A model generated the notes under the pieces. That model was not told the origin of the DNA. It worked only from the letters and a program-made list of their open reading frames with translations, and made no database searches. From Piromyces finnis finn (Eukaryota > Fungi > Neocallimastigomycota), in contig MCFH01000013.1 of NCBI GenBank assembly GCA_002104945.1, positions 186,001 through 250,000 on the forward strand: a stretch of DNA of 64,000 bases. Direction: 5' to 3'. Positions 28,369-39,979 of this stretch are shown here, one piece after another. The position numbers were made by a program, and so were the translations under genes. Position 1 is the stretch's first letter. Every line of letters begins with the position of its first letter.

Positions 28369-29595
28369 TAGGATATTATTAAAAAAAAAAGTATTCATGA
28401 TGCTAAGATTATGGTAATTTTATACAATTTTCTTATATACAAATCGTGAAAGGATTACTAATATTTTAATTGTGTATACTTGTTGTATATACATTCAACG
28501 AAAGATTTACCACACCAAAAATTTTAGGGAATAATTTTTTAATCAAACCATATTTAGAGAAAGTAAATTTAATAAATAGGCAATTAAGATCTATTTCAAT
28601 TTAATATATTATTAATATGTATTCAATTGATTATAATATATTTAAAATTTTTTAATTAAAATTTAATATATTTGTATTTATTAAATGTAAGAGAAACAAA
28701 AGAAATTTGTCTATTATAATAATTATCATTCACCATTATAGATTAAAAATGTGATATAAATAATAATTTCATATAAATAATAACCAATAAAATCTTTATA
28801 TTTTCTAGTGATCTACATTAAATTAATTAAAAAATGGAAAAGGATCTTCATTAGTCACAAAATTTTACTCATCACTTTAAACTTTGGATAAAAATTTAAA
28901 TTTATGCTTATTGTTAATGATACATAAGTAATATTAGTAATAATTTAATTCGTATTACCTCTATTACTACTACTATTCTTATTACTTTCTATAATAATAA
29001 TAATTATTCCTTCCTTATAGATCACATGTTATAGATCATAGAATTATGCTTTTTCTATACAATATATGTCATATTCACCCTATTTAAAATATAAAAAGAA
29101 TGACTTTTTTAATTTATATATAAAACTTTAATTGTTAATATTTTTTCTTTTAAAAATCTTGAAACAAAAAAAAATAGGAATACAATTTTATATGAAAGTA
29201 AACAAAAACAAAAAAAAAAAAAAAAAAGCAGGAATGGGGATAAATAGTATAAAGGCTATTTTTTTTATTTTTTTATTTATTCAAAGCATTCCTTATTATT
29301 TTATTAATTATAAAAATTACAATATTAATGTGATTTTAATATATTCCTTATTTAAATTAATAATTATATAACAACAATAATGATACTTTAAAGGATTAAG
29401 TAATGTTATTTTTTAAAGTATAATTTTTATAAAAGAAATCGTAACACTTTTAATAAAACTTACTTTTTAAAAAATTGTATATTATAATACAGAATAAAAA
29501 TTTTTAAGGGTCAATACAGATAATTTAATTAGAAAGTGAAGATATTTAATATATATATTATTTAATAAAATAAATAATAATACATCAATCTATCG

Positions 29596-30300
29596 TTTAG
29601 TAATAAAGTTTATTATATATATATATATACATTTTGCATATTTCCCCTTGTTCTAGAAATCAAAATGAATGAAATTAAGGAAAAATGTCAGGTTAAAAAG
29701 AGTTAGAAATGAAATAAAGTTGATATGAAATAATAAATAAAATTGTTTATAATTGCAGTTATATAATAAAACTTTTATTAGCTCTATTATTTTTTGAATA
29801 TAAAAAATTATAATTATTAAAAAAAAGGAAAGAAATGAAAAGTGATGCTATTTTATATATTTTCCTTTTTTTAAAAAAACATTCGTAATTCAATAAAAAA
29901 AAATGAAAACTATAAACTTATTTTTATAATGATTTATCATATTAAAAATCACACTTTCATAGAAAATAGAATCAAATATAAATTAAATCAATTATAAAAA
30001 ATTCTCCATAATTGTTAAAATTACTAATCCTCATTGGCTAACATTTCTAACTCTTTTTAACCTGACGTTTTCCCTTAATTTCATTCATTTTAATTACTAG
30101 AAACAAGGGGAAATATGCAAAATATATATATATATATTTTACATAATAAACTTTATTACTAAAAAAAAATAACAATACTTTTCATTTCTTTCATATTTTT
30201 TATTTTTAAATAATTATATATTTTTTATGAGTTAAAGTTTTATTATAGAATTACAATTATAGACAATTTTATTTATTATTTCATATCAACTTTATTTCAT
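29596..30300. repeat. Inverted duplication of a ~260-bp segment (29596-~29850 versus 30042-30300), circularly permuted
   Basis: 29596-29711 is the reverse complement of 30042-30163; 29709-29775 of ~30232-30300; 29828-29843 of 30177-30192. Confidence 0.8.
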
Positions 30301-31696
30301 GCAACATCTTTAAAAAGCACTATTAATTACTATAGAATAAAAAAATTCTATAGTTATAACAAAATAAAATTCTTATTAAAAATCCACAAATCTATTATTA
30401 TGCAATCATGATAAAAAAACTGATAGTATGAGTGATTTATAAATAATTTTTAATGCTATTAAATTTTGTGTTACCTTTTAATTTTCCGTTATTCATTTAT
30501 ATTTAAATTTTAAATAATATTAAAAAATGTATAATAAAGGTTACATTTTTTAATAAATATTATTAAAGTTATTTATACCTATCGTTTCTTTTCTTCAAAC
30601 ATTTCTTATTAAAATACTAAACTGCTTATACATAATTTAATTATGGGCCTAATAAATAACTCACGTGATATACATTTAATTTGGTAAAATTTTAACACTA
30701 TTTTTTTCTATTTATTAAATCAATAGAATTAAAGTTTATTTAAATTACAATTTTTACTAATTCAACAAATATATTCTAATATTAGTAGTAAATATATTGT
30801 TAAATATATTAATTTAATATATATGACTTATAATATTCTTTAGTTTATTAAATCAATTTAAAACAATAGTATATATGATTTTAACTTTTTTATATATAAT
30901 ATAATACATATAATACTATGGAATATATTAGTAATATAATATACAATATTTTGTTTTTTTTTTTAATTTATTATTATTAAAGTTTATTTCTTACCATTAT
31001 TGGATTATTTAATATAATTCAAGTTAATATAATTTAAATTAAAATATATAATATTAATATATTCATATAATAATAAATACTGTTTATATTTATTACTATA
31101 TATTATAAAATATAATTTACTTTCTTTTTTGAGTCATTTAAAACATGTTTATGATAATTGTGTTACTTTTATAATATATTATCTCTTTTTGAAATATGTT
31201 TCAATATATACATAGAAACATATACAATAAAATATACTCTAATATATAGTGACATAAAATTTAAAATATATTAATAATTATTTTCATATCTTTAGTTGAA
31301 AAGATAATAAAACCTTATTTAATATAATTTAATGATTATAATAATGTTGTGAATAGGAGCAATTTTTGAAATAAAAGAAATTAAAATTCCTTCATTTTTT
31401 TTTTTCATTAGAATTTTTTTTTAATATTTTTTCCTAATAAAAATATTGAATATTTTATTTTTTTATTTTAGATAAATAAAAAATAAAATAATTAATAATT
31501 AAAAAAAAAAAATAATAAAAAAAATAAAGAAGGGAAAGGAAATAATTAAATTTTATTTTATTTATTTTTTAAACTTTAAAGATAAAGAAATAAATAAGTA
31601 AAATTTAAAAGATATAATTATTTCAAAAAATATTAAAATAAATTAATAAAAATATAATTTAATAAAAATAAAATAAAAGAAAAAAAATAATAAAAA

Positions 31697-33374
31697 ATGC
31701 ACTGTTCTAAATTAATTTTATTATTAATCGCTGCTTTATGCAGTATGGTTTTTGCTGTTCCAGTTAATGTCGAAAAGAGAGTAAGCAATGTTAATTAATA
31801 ATAATAAAAAAAAAAATAGAATATAATGTATAAAAGAATATTTTATATATAAAGTATTTTCAGGATCAAAAAATTAATATAAAAAAATAAGGCATAAATA
31901 AATAAAATAAAATAAATAATACAAATTGTTAAATTAGAAGTAATTGAGTATTGAATTATAGCATTTATAAATTATATTTTTAATTGATTCCATAGAAATT
32001 AATAGCAAATTAATCAATCTTTAATAATAAAATATTATTTATCAAGAATTATAATAATAAAGCAATATAATTAATAAATAAATATTAAATAATTCACCTT
32101 TAATTTAGGAAACTTCCTCTAAGGCTATTCCAACTCCATACACAAAGATTCCTCCAACATCTTCTGTTACAGTAGGTGCTTCTACAACCTCATCAAAGGT
32201 TCCACCACAAACTACTTCAAAGGTTCCACCAACTCTTACTAAGGAACCACCACAAACTACTACTAAGAATCCACCACCAGTTACTACTACTAAAGCTCCA
32301 CCAAGCATTGCTACTACTACTTCTACTTCTTCTACCAAAGCTCCACCTCCAACTAATACTACTACCAAGAGTCCACCAAAGACCATCCCAACTACTACTA
32401 CTAAGAGCGCTCCAACTACCTTCATAACTTCAAAGGCTCCACTTTCATCTACCACTTCTACTAAGAATCCACCACCATCTACTACTACAAAGAACCCACC
32501 AAAGACTGTTCCAACTACCACTTCCAAGACTGCTCCAACTACATACATTGCTTCAAAGGCTCCACCATCATCTTCTACATCAACTACCAAGTCTGCTCCA
32601 CCAGTTATTACTACTAAGGCTCCACCAGCTCTTACTACTACTACTACTGCTAAGAACCCACCACCAGTTGTTACTACTAAGGCTCCACCAGCTCTTACTA
32701 CCACTACTGTTTCTACTAAGATCCCACCACCAACTGTTACTACAAAAACTGCTCCATCTACTTATCCAACCAAGTTTACTACTGTAACTGTTCCACCAAA
32801 GACTACTACAACTACTCAACCACCAAAGATTACTACTGAAACAGTTCCACCAAAGACTACCACTACTCAACCACCAAAGATTACTACTACTACCACTTCA
32901 ACCAAGGTTATTCCAACTTCCAAGACTATTCCAACTTCAACCAAGGTTATTTCAACTTCTAAGACTATTCCAACTTCAACCAAGACTATTCCAACTTCTA
33001 AGACTATTCCAACCTCAACCAAGACTATTCCAACTTCTAAGACTATTCCAACCTCAACCAAGACTATTCCAACTTCTAAGACTATTCCAACCTCAACCAA
33101 GACTATTCCAACTTCCAAAACTATTCCAACCTCAACCAGAAAGACTACTACAACTAAAACTATAACAAGAACTACTACAACTCGTGTTTCAACTCCAACC
33201 AGTAGTAGCCAAGATTACTATTCTTGTAGAAGTGATGACTGGAACTGTAAGACTGAAAAGTCTAACCAATGTTACGCTGAATTAAATGCTTGTTGGCAAA
33301 AGCCATGGTCCGAATCTCTTGGACAAGAATGCCAAAAGATCAATGAAAGTTGTTCAAAGATCTGGTCTAACTAA
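31697..33374 (+). CDS. Secreted Thr/Pro/Ser/Lys-rich mucin-like protein with a C-terminal 6-Cys domain (exons 31697-31780 and 32109-33374; 449 aa)
   Basis: Signal peptide MHCSKLILLLIAALCSMVFA, propeptide ending KR (Kex2-type), GT-AG intron, a 422-codon exon of TTTKAPP-like repeats, ending DYYSCRSDDWNCKTEKSNQCYAELNACWQKPWSESLGQECQKINESCSKIWSN*. Not in the ORF track; only antisense or off-frame shadows are listed. Confidence 0.88.
32898..33131 (+). repeat. Coding minisatellite, 6 x 39 bp (STK[V/T]I[P/S]TSKTIPT)
   Basis: Six consecutive 13-codon units counted directly. Confidence 0.9.
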
Positions 33375-34262
33375 AAAAAGTTAGAAAATACGACATAATA
33401 AAATTAATAAATAAATTACAGTAAAATATATTTATAAAAACCAATTGCTATAATTGCAGAGTAAACAAACAAACAAGCAAAAAATAAACAATATTTAAAT
33501 CAATTATTAATTAAATGGAAAAATTAGATTAAAAAAAATTAGAATTTATATTTAATTTTTTTTAGATAAAGTCAAAATTTAAATAATTTGATAAAAAATA
33601 TTTGTTGTATATCATATTATATAATTGATTTAAATAATATGAAATATAATGAATAAAATAAAAAAAATTCCAAAATAATAAAGATATTATTATTAAAAAA
33701 TAATAATAATTTTAATTAAAAAACGAATATTATTCATTCCAAACATAATTAACTTCATAAAATCATCATATATTACATAATATGTAACATAAAAAAAATA
33801 ATAAATAATATTTATTAATATTAAAATATAAATATGTATAATATTTATTTTTTAATTATAAAGTTTGTATTTTATATTGATGATAAAAATGGTTTTATTA
33901 TTATTATTATTATTTAATTATTATTTAATATATATATATATAATGTTTGTTTTTTTTTTTAAAAAAAAAGAGAAAGAAATACGTTTGGTTTATGTTTGGA
34001 GTAATTATTGTTTTTTCTTAATTTTTTAATATATTTTCAAAAGGACATTAGAATGTGTATTGGAATTATATGTTTTATTATTGCAATTTATATAGTATGT
34101 AATAGAATTGGAATAGAATTAAAATAAGGTGATAATTCTTTATACTTAATGATTATTTTTAGTTTAAATTTTAGTTAAGGATACTTTTAATAATTTATGG
34201 AATAGTGTGCAAAAAAGAATTTGAATTTTTTACAATTCAAAAAAAAAAAAAAAAAAAAAATG

Positions 34263-34277
34263 AAAAGTAAAATTTTA
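34263..34277 (+). repeat. Left target-site duplication of the LINE (aaaagtaaaatttta)
   Basis: The identical 15-mer occurs at 39971-39985, right after the poly(A) tail. Confidence 0.85.
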
Positions 34278-34569
34278 CCCTCTTGGGAACGTGCCTTCAT
34301 TTATTTAATAAATGTAGTTTCTCAAGGGGGTCTACTCATGCTCATGGTACTGAGAGAGTAGAAAGAATTAAATCCAAGTATTGCGCAATGGATGCTTGGT
34401 GCCCTCTTAGGAACGTGCCTTCATTTATTTAATAATGGAGTTTATCAAGGGGGTCTACTCATGCTCATGGTACTGAGAGAGTAGAAAGAATTAAATCCAA
34501 GCATTGCGCAATGGATGCTTGGTTAGTCTTTAAGGGAAAATTATTAGGACTAAGCTCATGGTACTGAGC
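34278..34569 (+). repeat. Tandem ~124-bp repeats (2 copies plus a partial third) at the LINE 5' end, rich in hairpins
   Basis: Copy 1 34278-34401, copy 2 34402-~34524; the gctcatggtactgagc hairpin recurs at 34554-34569. Confidence 0.9.
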
Positions 34570-35173
34570 GATTAAAAAACATTTTATTCATCGAATTTAA
34601 GTATTTGATGAATAAGTTGAATGTTTGATACTCAGGTAAGTTTGTATAGTATTTAATTAGAAGAGTAATACATTTTGTTGCTGTATTTTTTTCTTTTATT
34701 CATGTATTCATGTAGTACTACTCTTCTCTTGTAAGAATCCAATGTAGTCAACTTTAGCATTTGCATTGTATTTTTATATTCATGTAGCTATTGTTGTATT
34801 GTTTCTTGTAAGAGACTGATTCACTCTACATCATGTAAAAATACTATTCACAAGCTTTCTGGTGTCGACATTCTTGATTCAAATTTTTTACCAATTTAAA
34901 TATTTAATGAAAAGTAAAGTCAAACAATTTTAGTGTCAAAAAGCGAATCGAATTTACTAACAACAAACCAAAACTAGAATTTTTAAAGAAAATTTACAAC
35001 TAGAATTCAAAAAAAAAAAAAGAAACTTTAAACAAAGCATCGTAACAATTTTTGTTCTATCCAGTACTTTTAAGAAGAGAGAGAGAGACAGATTTTTTTC
35101 CATATACGTTATATTTGTAATTTTTATTAGTATTTATTTTATATTCAATATTTTTTAATTAGAATTTATTATC

Positions 35174-38100
35174 ATGTCAGTCCTTTATATTAAAGATAAG
35201 AATTATATCAGACGTGGTACCCGGTCTTATGGTATCCCCTTAGATGATATTCGCTCCTTCTTTATCCGTGGTATTCGATCATGGTCAGTAAATATGCTAT
35301 GGGAAAAACTCGAGGTTATTCTAGAAGATAAATTTAATTCAGTTATTAGTGTTAAATATTTTCAGACTTTCAATGATCACTTTTTCTTAGTCAAGGTTCA
35401 TGGTTCATCGAAAGATTGTATTAAAATCTTACACATGTTAAAGAAGAAACTTTCAGTTACCTCAATTTCCTTTTCAGCTCGTAGTAGAAGGAATCACAAA
35501 TACACTTTTTCCACTCTCAAACGTAAAATTTTAGTTTCTAATAAACATCAACATTCTATTCAACAATCATTTCAACAATCAGTTCAACAATCTCATCAAC
35601 AATCCGATCTTCAACTAGATCTTCAACAAGATCTTCAACAAGTTTCCAATCATGAAAATATTCCAGATCTACAGCAAACACAATTTCAATCTCAACATTC
35701 AACAATTAATTCTAATAGCTCTATCAACTCTGATAACAGTTCAATAGTTGATAGTTCTTCAGTTTCACAGCCATCTAGTAATAGTTCTACTTATTCCTCT
35801 GATGCATCATCCATTAATAACGATGACTTTAATAATAATAATAATAGCAACGATTCTTCCTCATCCAACAAGCCTGATAACTTTTCTTTTTGTCTTAGTT
35901 GGAACACCAATGGGTGGAATCACGAAAAGAGAGATAGTATTAGCTATTTCACAGCTATTTTCAAACCATTATTTTTATGTTTCCAAGAAACTGGTAATGG
36001 TTCTGGATCGAATACAGATTATCCTTGTCGTGTTACTTTGCGAAACTATAGACACTTTTTCAAGAAAGCTGACGAATCAGTTCCGGGAATGAGAGGTTTA
36101 TATTTAGGTTTTCACAATTCATGTCAAGCCTCACTTGAAAACTTCTCTGGAAAGTATATTATTTCTATTTATACTTTTAGTCTCTGGAATAGATTCAAAT
36201 GCTCGATTGGTAATGTTTATATGCCTCATAGTCATCACAACATCTATGTTGATCATGCAAAGTTAGAAGTTCGCTTGTGGTTACAAACTCATTCATCCCA
36301 TCCATCGATTCTTGTTGGTGATTTTAATATGTCTAAAGTAAAATTATCCAACTGGTTATCAACTAATGGATTAGGAGATTGGGAAATTCTTCCGCTTAGA
36401 GGGTCTACTATCTCTTGGACTCGAGGTGATCAATCTTCCGACATTGACCATGCTCTTATCAATTCGAAGATGAAAGATCTTATTCACTCAGGATCATTTA
36501 TAAATAATTTTTATCCTGTATCAGACCATAAGCCACTTCTTATTAATGGTAAAATTATTCCTATGGAAGATTTTTCTAATGACTTTAATGTTCCTAAGAA
36601 AATTCTGAAATGGAATAGATTAAAATGTATTGAGGAAAAGGAATCTATTCTCAGTCATAATAAATTCCAAATACTTTCAGCAAAATCCAGCGATCCTAAT
36701 GTTTCTACAGATGAACTTTCCAAAGAGTTTACTTCAACTGCTTTTTCAATTGCAGACGAGCTCAGTATTACTTCAGCAAATAATGTTATAAAGTCTTCAT
36801 TTCATATTTCACAACAAATTTTTAATCTTCAAAAAATCAAAATGAAGTTGTATAAGAGATTTAAAAAAGAAAGAATTTATGATATAGATGAATTTATTAA
36901 AAGAATTAAAATCTACCGTAAACTCATTGATTACATCCACAAAAGATGTAATGAATTTAGGAAGCAAGAATATCTTCATTGGATTAAAACAGGATGTGAG
37001 TATATGAAGAGTCATAATCCTAAGAAGGCCTGGAAATGGATCAAGAAAACTGCAAAAATTGGAAAAGATTCTTTCTTTATTGCTCAACCAATTAAAAATA
37101 AAAATGGGGAATTAGTTGTTGCTACGGAAGAACAACTAGATGTGTGGCATGATCATTTCGAAAATCTTGCATCAGACCCAAGTGGTGTAAGTCTTGATTT
37201 GGAGCATTGGTATGAAGAACCAACGAATAAACGTTTTTCACTTCCTATGCTTGATGAGTGGGATATCAACCAAGATATTAGTATTGATGAAGTCAAGTCA
37301 GCTATCCTCACTACTCCAAATTATAAAGCATCAGGTCCGGATGGTATTCCAATTGAATTTTACAAAGCATTAGTTCCATCAAGTAATGATTCTAATAATG
37401 CGACAGATAATAATTCTTCTGGTAATACTACTTCAGATAATGATGCTCATGGTTTAAATTTTATTCTTAAATTATTCAACCGTATTTGGGATGGAGATTT
37501 CCCCAACTCATGGAATGAATCCAGTATTGTTTCTATTCCTAAGAAGGGAGATTTGACAGATTGTGATAACTATCGAGGTATATCACTTATCAATAATGGT
37601 ATTAAGTTGATTTCCAAAATTGTCACCACTAGAATCTCAGAATATGGTTTAAAGAATAATTTCATTAGACCTGAACAATTTGGTTTTCGAAAAAAGGAAG
37701 AAAGTATTAGTCTTTTCATTTCAATCCAAGAAATATGCCGTAGACGTCAATTAGATAATAAAGAGACATATTTGGCCTTTTTAGATCTCAGGAAAGCATA
37801 CGATTCAGTCCCAATCGGTAATATTCTCCATAAATTAGATTGTTTAGGAATCCGAGGTAAGAGTCTACAATTTATCAAAAATTTATATTTAACATCTAAG
37901 GCTAATGTCAAATTAGATGGACAATTCTCGAAATCTTTTGATGTGAAGAAAGGAGTCCGTCAAGGTTGCCCTCTTTCTCCTATTCTCTTTAATCTCTTTA
38001 TTAATGATATATTTAGAGAGTGCGAAGATCTAGGAGTCAGTTTAGGTGACACTCGATGCTGTGGTGGACTTTTTGCAGATGATATAGTTATTTGTGCTCC

Positions 38101-39697
38101 AACAAGAGGATGCTTAAAAAAGATGCTTAGAAGAGTTAATGAATGGGCATTGTATAATGAAATGGAATTTGGTATCCAGAAATGTTCAACGATGGTGATT
38201 CGTCCTGAATCAATAGAAAATCAGAACAAGAGAGATCCAACATTTTACTTAGCAGGACAACCCATTCCAACTACTGATTGTTATACTTATCTTGGTGTTC
38301 CATTTGATAAGAATCTGTCCCTTAAACCAGTAATTAAAGCTCTTAATAACAAGGTTTTGAAAGGGCTTTTCTCAGTCAGTAAATTCTTAAGAAATCCTAA
38401 TATTCCTATTCCCTTCAAAAAGCTAGTACTTAACTCACAAGTGATTAGCAGAGTTTCATACTTTGCACCATTACTTGGATCCAACAAAGCTAGGTCTAGG
38501 ATTGCTCAGAAGCATGTTAACAAAGGAATACGATGGGTTGCCGGAGTTCATAAAGCTGTATCGTTTATATCTTTATACTCTATTTCAAAAGATTTGAATA
38601 TTCCTCCATTGTCAGCCAAATGTGCGTTAGCTCAGGTTAGATGTTTTAACAAATGGAAAAACTCAAATTGTATTATCTCACACCTTGTCAATTACATTCC
38701 TAAATTTAGAAAATACACGTGGTGCAAATCAAGTAGGACACTTGATAAAAAACTAAAGAAACATGGAGATGTTAAAGCAGTTAAAAACTTTTATTGGAAA
38801 GATCTCAAAGGGAATTCAATCAAAGCGCAATATTATGATGATAATAAATTTATTGAAACTAAAGATTTTATTAAATTATGTTATGAGTACCCAGAGTTTG
38901 CCTATGGCTTCTACTGGCTATTGAAAGCAAGAAGCGGATACAAGTTGGATGCTAGAGTTGCCAAAGCTGCCAAATTTGTTGATCCAGTTTGTCCTAACTA
39001 CTGTCCATGTTGCAAGTGTGGAGATCAAAGTATTAAACATTGGTTATTAGATTGTCCAACATTTAGAGATATCCGTATTAAACATTATGATTCCATAGTC
39101 CAGCTATTAAATTTTTTCAGTCAACGTAATTCCAATAGTCCTATCAATAATAATGAAATTGATAATATCAGTAGAGATAGTAATAACATTAATAGTAATA
39201 GTAACAATAGTAATAGTAACAATAGTAATAGTAACAATAGTAATAGTAACAATAGTAATAATAACAATAATAGAAATAATAATATTAGTAATGATAGCAA
39301 TAGTGAAGATAATAATTCTAATTTAGATAGTAATTTAGTTAATGATAGTAATAGTTCTAATAATCCGGTGAATATTAATGTGTATGATTATTCTAGTGTG
39401 TGCAGTAAAATATTTAAATTCCTTCTTGGGGGAAGAAGTTTTAACAATATTAATTACAATTCAAGGGAATGGAAAGAACTTTGTAAGCGTCAGATTCAAT
39501 CTGATACTAACGAAGGAACACCATTCTTGACGGTAACCGCGGAACTTCTAACCAAAATCATGCCTTTTGCTATTGGCCAGCAATGGTCAATGTTCAAAAG
39601 GTTTGAAGCAACATCCAAGAGCGTCAATGCTGAAGAAACAGTAAGACAGGCCAGGAGGGCCAGCGCAACCAATGGAGATCATAATTTTGTTCCATGA
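35174..39697 (+). CDS. LINE polyprotein: N-terminal RRM-like domain, AP endonuclease, reverse transcriptase, C-terminal CCHC zinc finger
   Basis: APE motifs SWNTNG, LCFQET, VGDFN, SDIDH, SDHKP; RT motifs SGPDGI, NYRGISL, QFGFR, FLDLRKAYDSV, GVRQGCPLSPILF, FADD; zinc finger CPCCKCGDQSIKHWLLDCP. Confidence 0.97.
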   Translation: MSVLYIKDKNYIRRGTRSYGIPLDDIRSFFIRGIRSWSVNMLWEKLEVILEDKFNSVISVKYFQTFNDHFFLVKVHGSSKDCIKILHMLKKKLSVTSISFSARSRRNHKYTFSTLKRKILVSNKHQHSIQQSFQQSVQQSHQQSDLQLDLQQDLQQVSNHENIPDLQQTQFQSQHSTINSNSSINSDNSSIVDSSSVSQPSSNSSTYSSDASSINNDDFNNNNNSNDSSSSNKPDNFSFCLSWNTNGWNHEKRDSISYFTAIFKPLFLCFQETGNGSGSNTDYPCRVTLRNYRHFFKKADESVPGMRGLYLGFHNSCQASLENFSGKYIISIYTFSLWNRFKCSIGNVYMPHSHHNIYVDHAKLEVRLWLQTHSSHPSILVGDFNMSKVKLSNWLSTNGLGDWEILPLRGSTISWTRGDQSSDIDHALINSKMKDLIHSGSFINNFYPVSDHKPLLINGKIIPMEDFSNDFNVPKKILKWNRLKCIEEKESILSHNKFQILSAKSSDPNVSTDELSKEFTSTAFSIADELSITSANNVIKSSFHISQQIFNLQKIKMKLYKRFKKERIYDIDEFIKRIKIYRKLIDYIHKRCNEFRKQEYLHWIKTGCEYMKSHNPKKAWKWIKKTAKIGKDSFFIAQPIKNKNGELVVATEEQLDVWHDHFENLASDPSGVSLDLEHWYEEPTNKRFSLPMLDEWDINQDISIDEVKSAILTTPNYKASGPDGIPIEFYKALVPSSNDSNNATDNNSSGNTTSDNDAHGLNFILKLFNRIWDGDFPNSWNESSIVSIPKKGDLTDCDNYRGISLINNGIKLISKIVTTRISEYGLKNNFIRPEQFGFRKKEESISLFISIQEICRRRQLDNKETYLAFLDLRKAYDSVPIGNILHKLDCLGIRGKSLQFIKNLYLTSKANVKLDGQFSKSFDVKKGVRQGCPLSPILFNLFINDIFRECEDLGVSLGDTRCCGGLFADDIVICAPTRGCLKKMLRRVNEWALYNEMEFGIQKCSTMVIRPESIENQNKRDPTFYLAGQPIPTTDCYTYLGVPFDKNLSLKPVIKALNNKVLKGLFSVSKFLRNPNIPIPFKKLVLNSQVISRVSYFAPLLGSNKARSRIAQKHVNKGIRWVAGVHKAVSFISLYSISKDLNIPPLSAKCALAQVRCFNKWKNSNCIISHLVNYIPKFRKYTWCKSSRTLDKKLKKHGDVKAVKNFYWKDLKGNSIKAQYYDDNKFIETKDFIKLCYEYPEFAYGFYWLLKARSGYKLDARVAKAAKFVDPVCPNYCPCCKCGDQSIKHWLLDCPTFRDIRIKHYDSIVQLLNFFSQRNSNSPINNNEIDNISRDSNNINSNSNNSNSNNSNSNNSNSNNSNNNNNRNNNISNDSNSEDNNSNLDSNLVNDSNSSNNPVNINVYDYSSVCSKIFKFLLGGRSFNNINYNSREWKELCKRQIQSDTNEGTPFLTVTAELLTKIMPFAIGQQWSMFKRFEATSKSVNAEETVRQARRASATNGDHNFVP

Positions 39698-39933
39698 CAA
39701 AATTTTGATCTTTGGCTCGGTGTCCCATTGGAAGTCAAATACAATTATTATACTTTAGTATGATAGTGGCTTTCTTACTTTAATTAAAATTACTAGAATA
39801 CATTATACCCAATTTTTATTCATTTGTGTTTATTTAAACATATTTATTTTATTTTTATTTTAATTTTAATTTTTATATTACATGTATTATAATTTTAATT
39901 AAATTAATAATAAAGTTTAAAATATTTGATGCC

Positions 39934-39970
<37 letters not shown>

Positions 39971-39979
<9 letters not shown>

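Larger units (their letters stand above)
34278..39970 (+). mobile_element. Apparently full-length non-LTR retrotransposon (LINE): 5'UTR, single APE-RT ORF, 3'UTR, poly(A), flanked by 15-bp TSD
   Basis: TSDs at 34263-34277 and 39971-39985; A-run 39937-39974; uninterrupted 1507-aa ORF. Confidence 0.92.

Noticed and set aside
28440-28600. Slightly GC-richer patch that might be a transposase remnant
   Set aside because: Short frames with stops on both strands and no recognisable motif.
29596-30163. Interpretation as a simple MITE with ~115-bp TIRs
   Set aside because: Homology extends past the apparent TIRs in permuted block order and no TSD is evident; reported as a permuted duplication instead.
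30659-30668. CACGTG E-box-like palindromes here and near 49329
   Set aside because: Single hexamers with no supporting context; cannot be called regulatory sites from sequence alone.
32105-33118. Val/Gly-rich antisense ORFs and Leu/Gln-rich off-frame ORFs
   Set aside because: Shadows of the repetitive mucin-like exon on the + strand.
34278-34524. Possible CRISPR array, LTR, or hammerhead/twister/HDV ribozyme
   Set aside because: No unique spacers and a eukaryotic context; the repeats occur only at the 5' end, so not an LTR; no CUGANGA/GAAA core, twister pseudoknot or HDV P1.1/J4-2 could be matched by eye. Left as an unclassified structured repeat.
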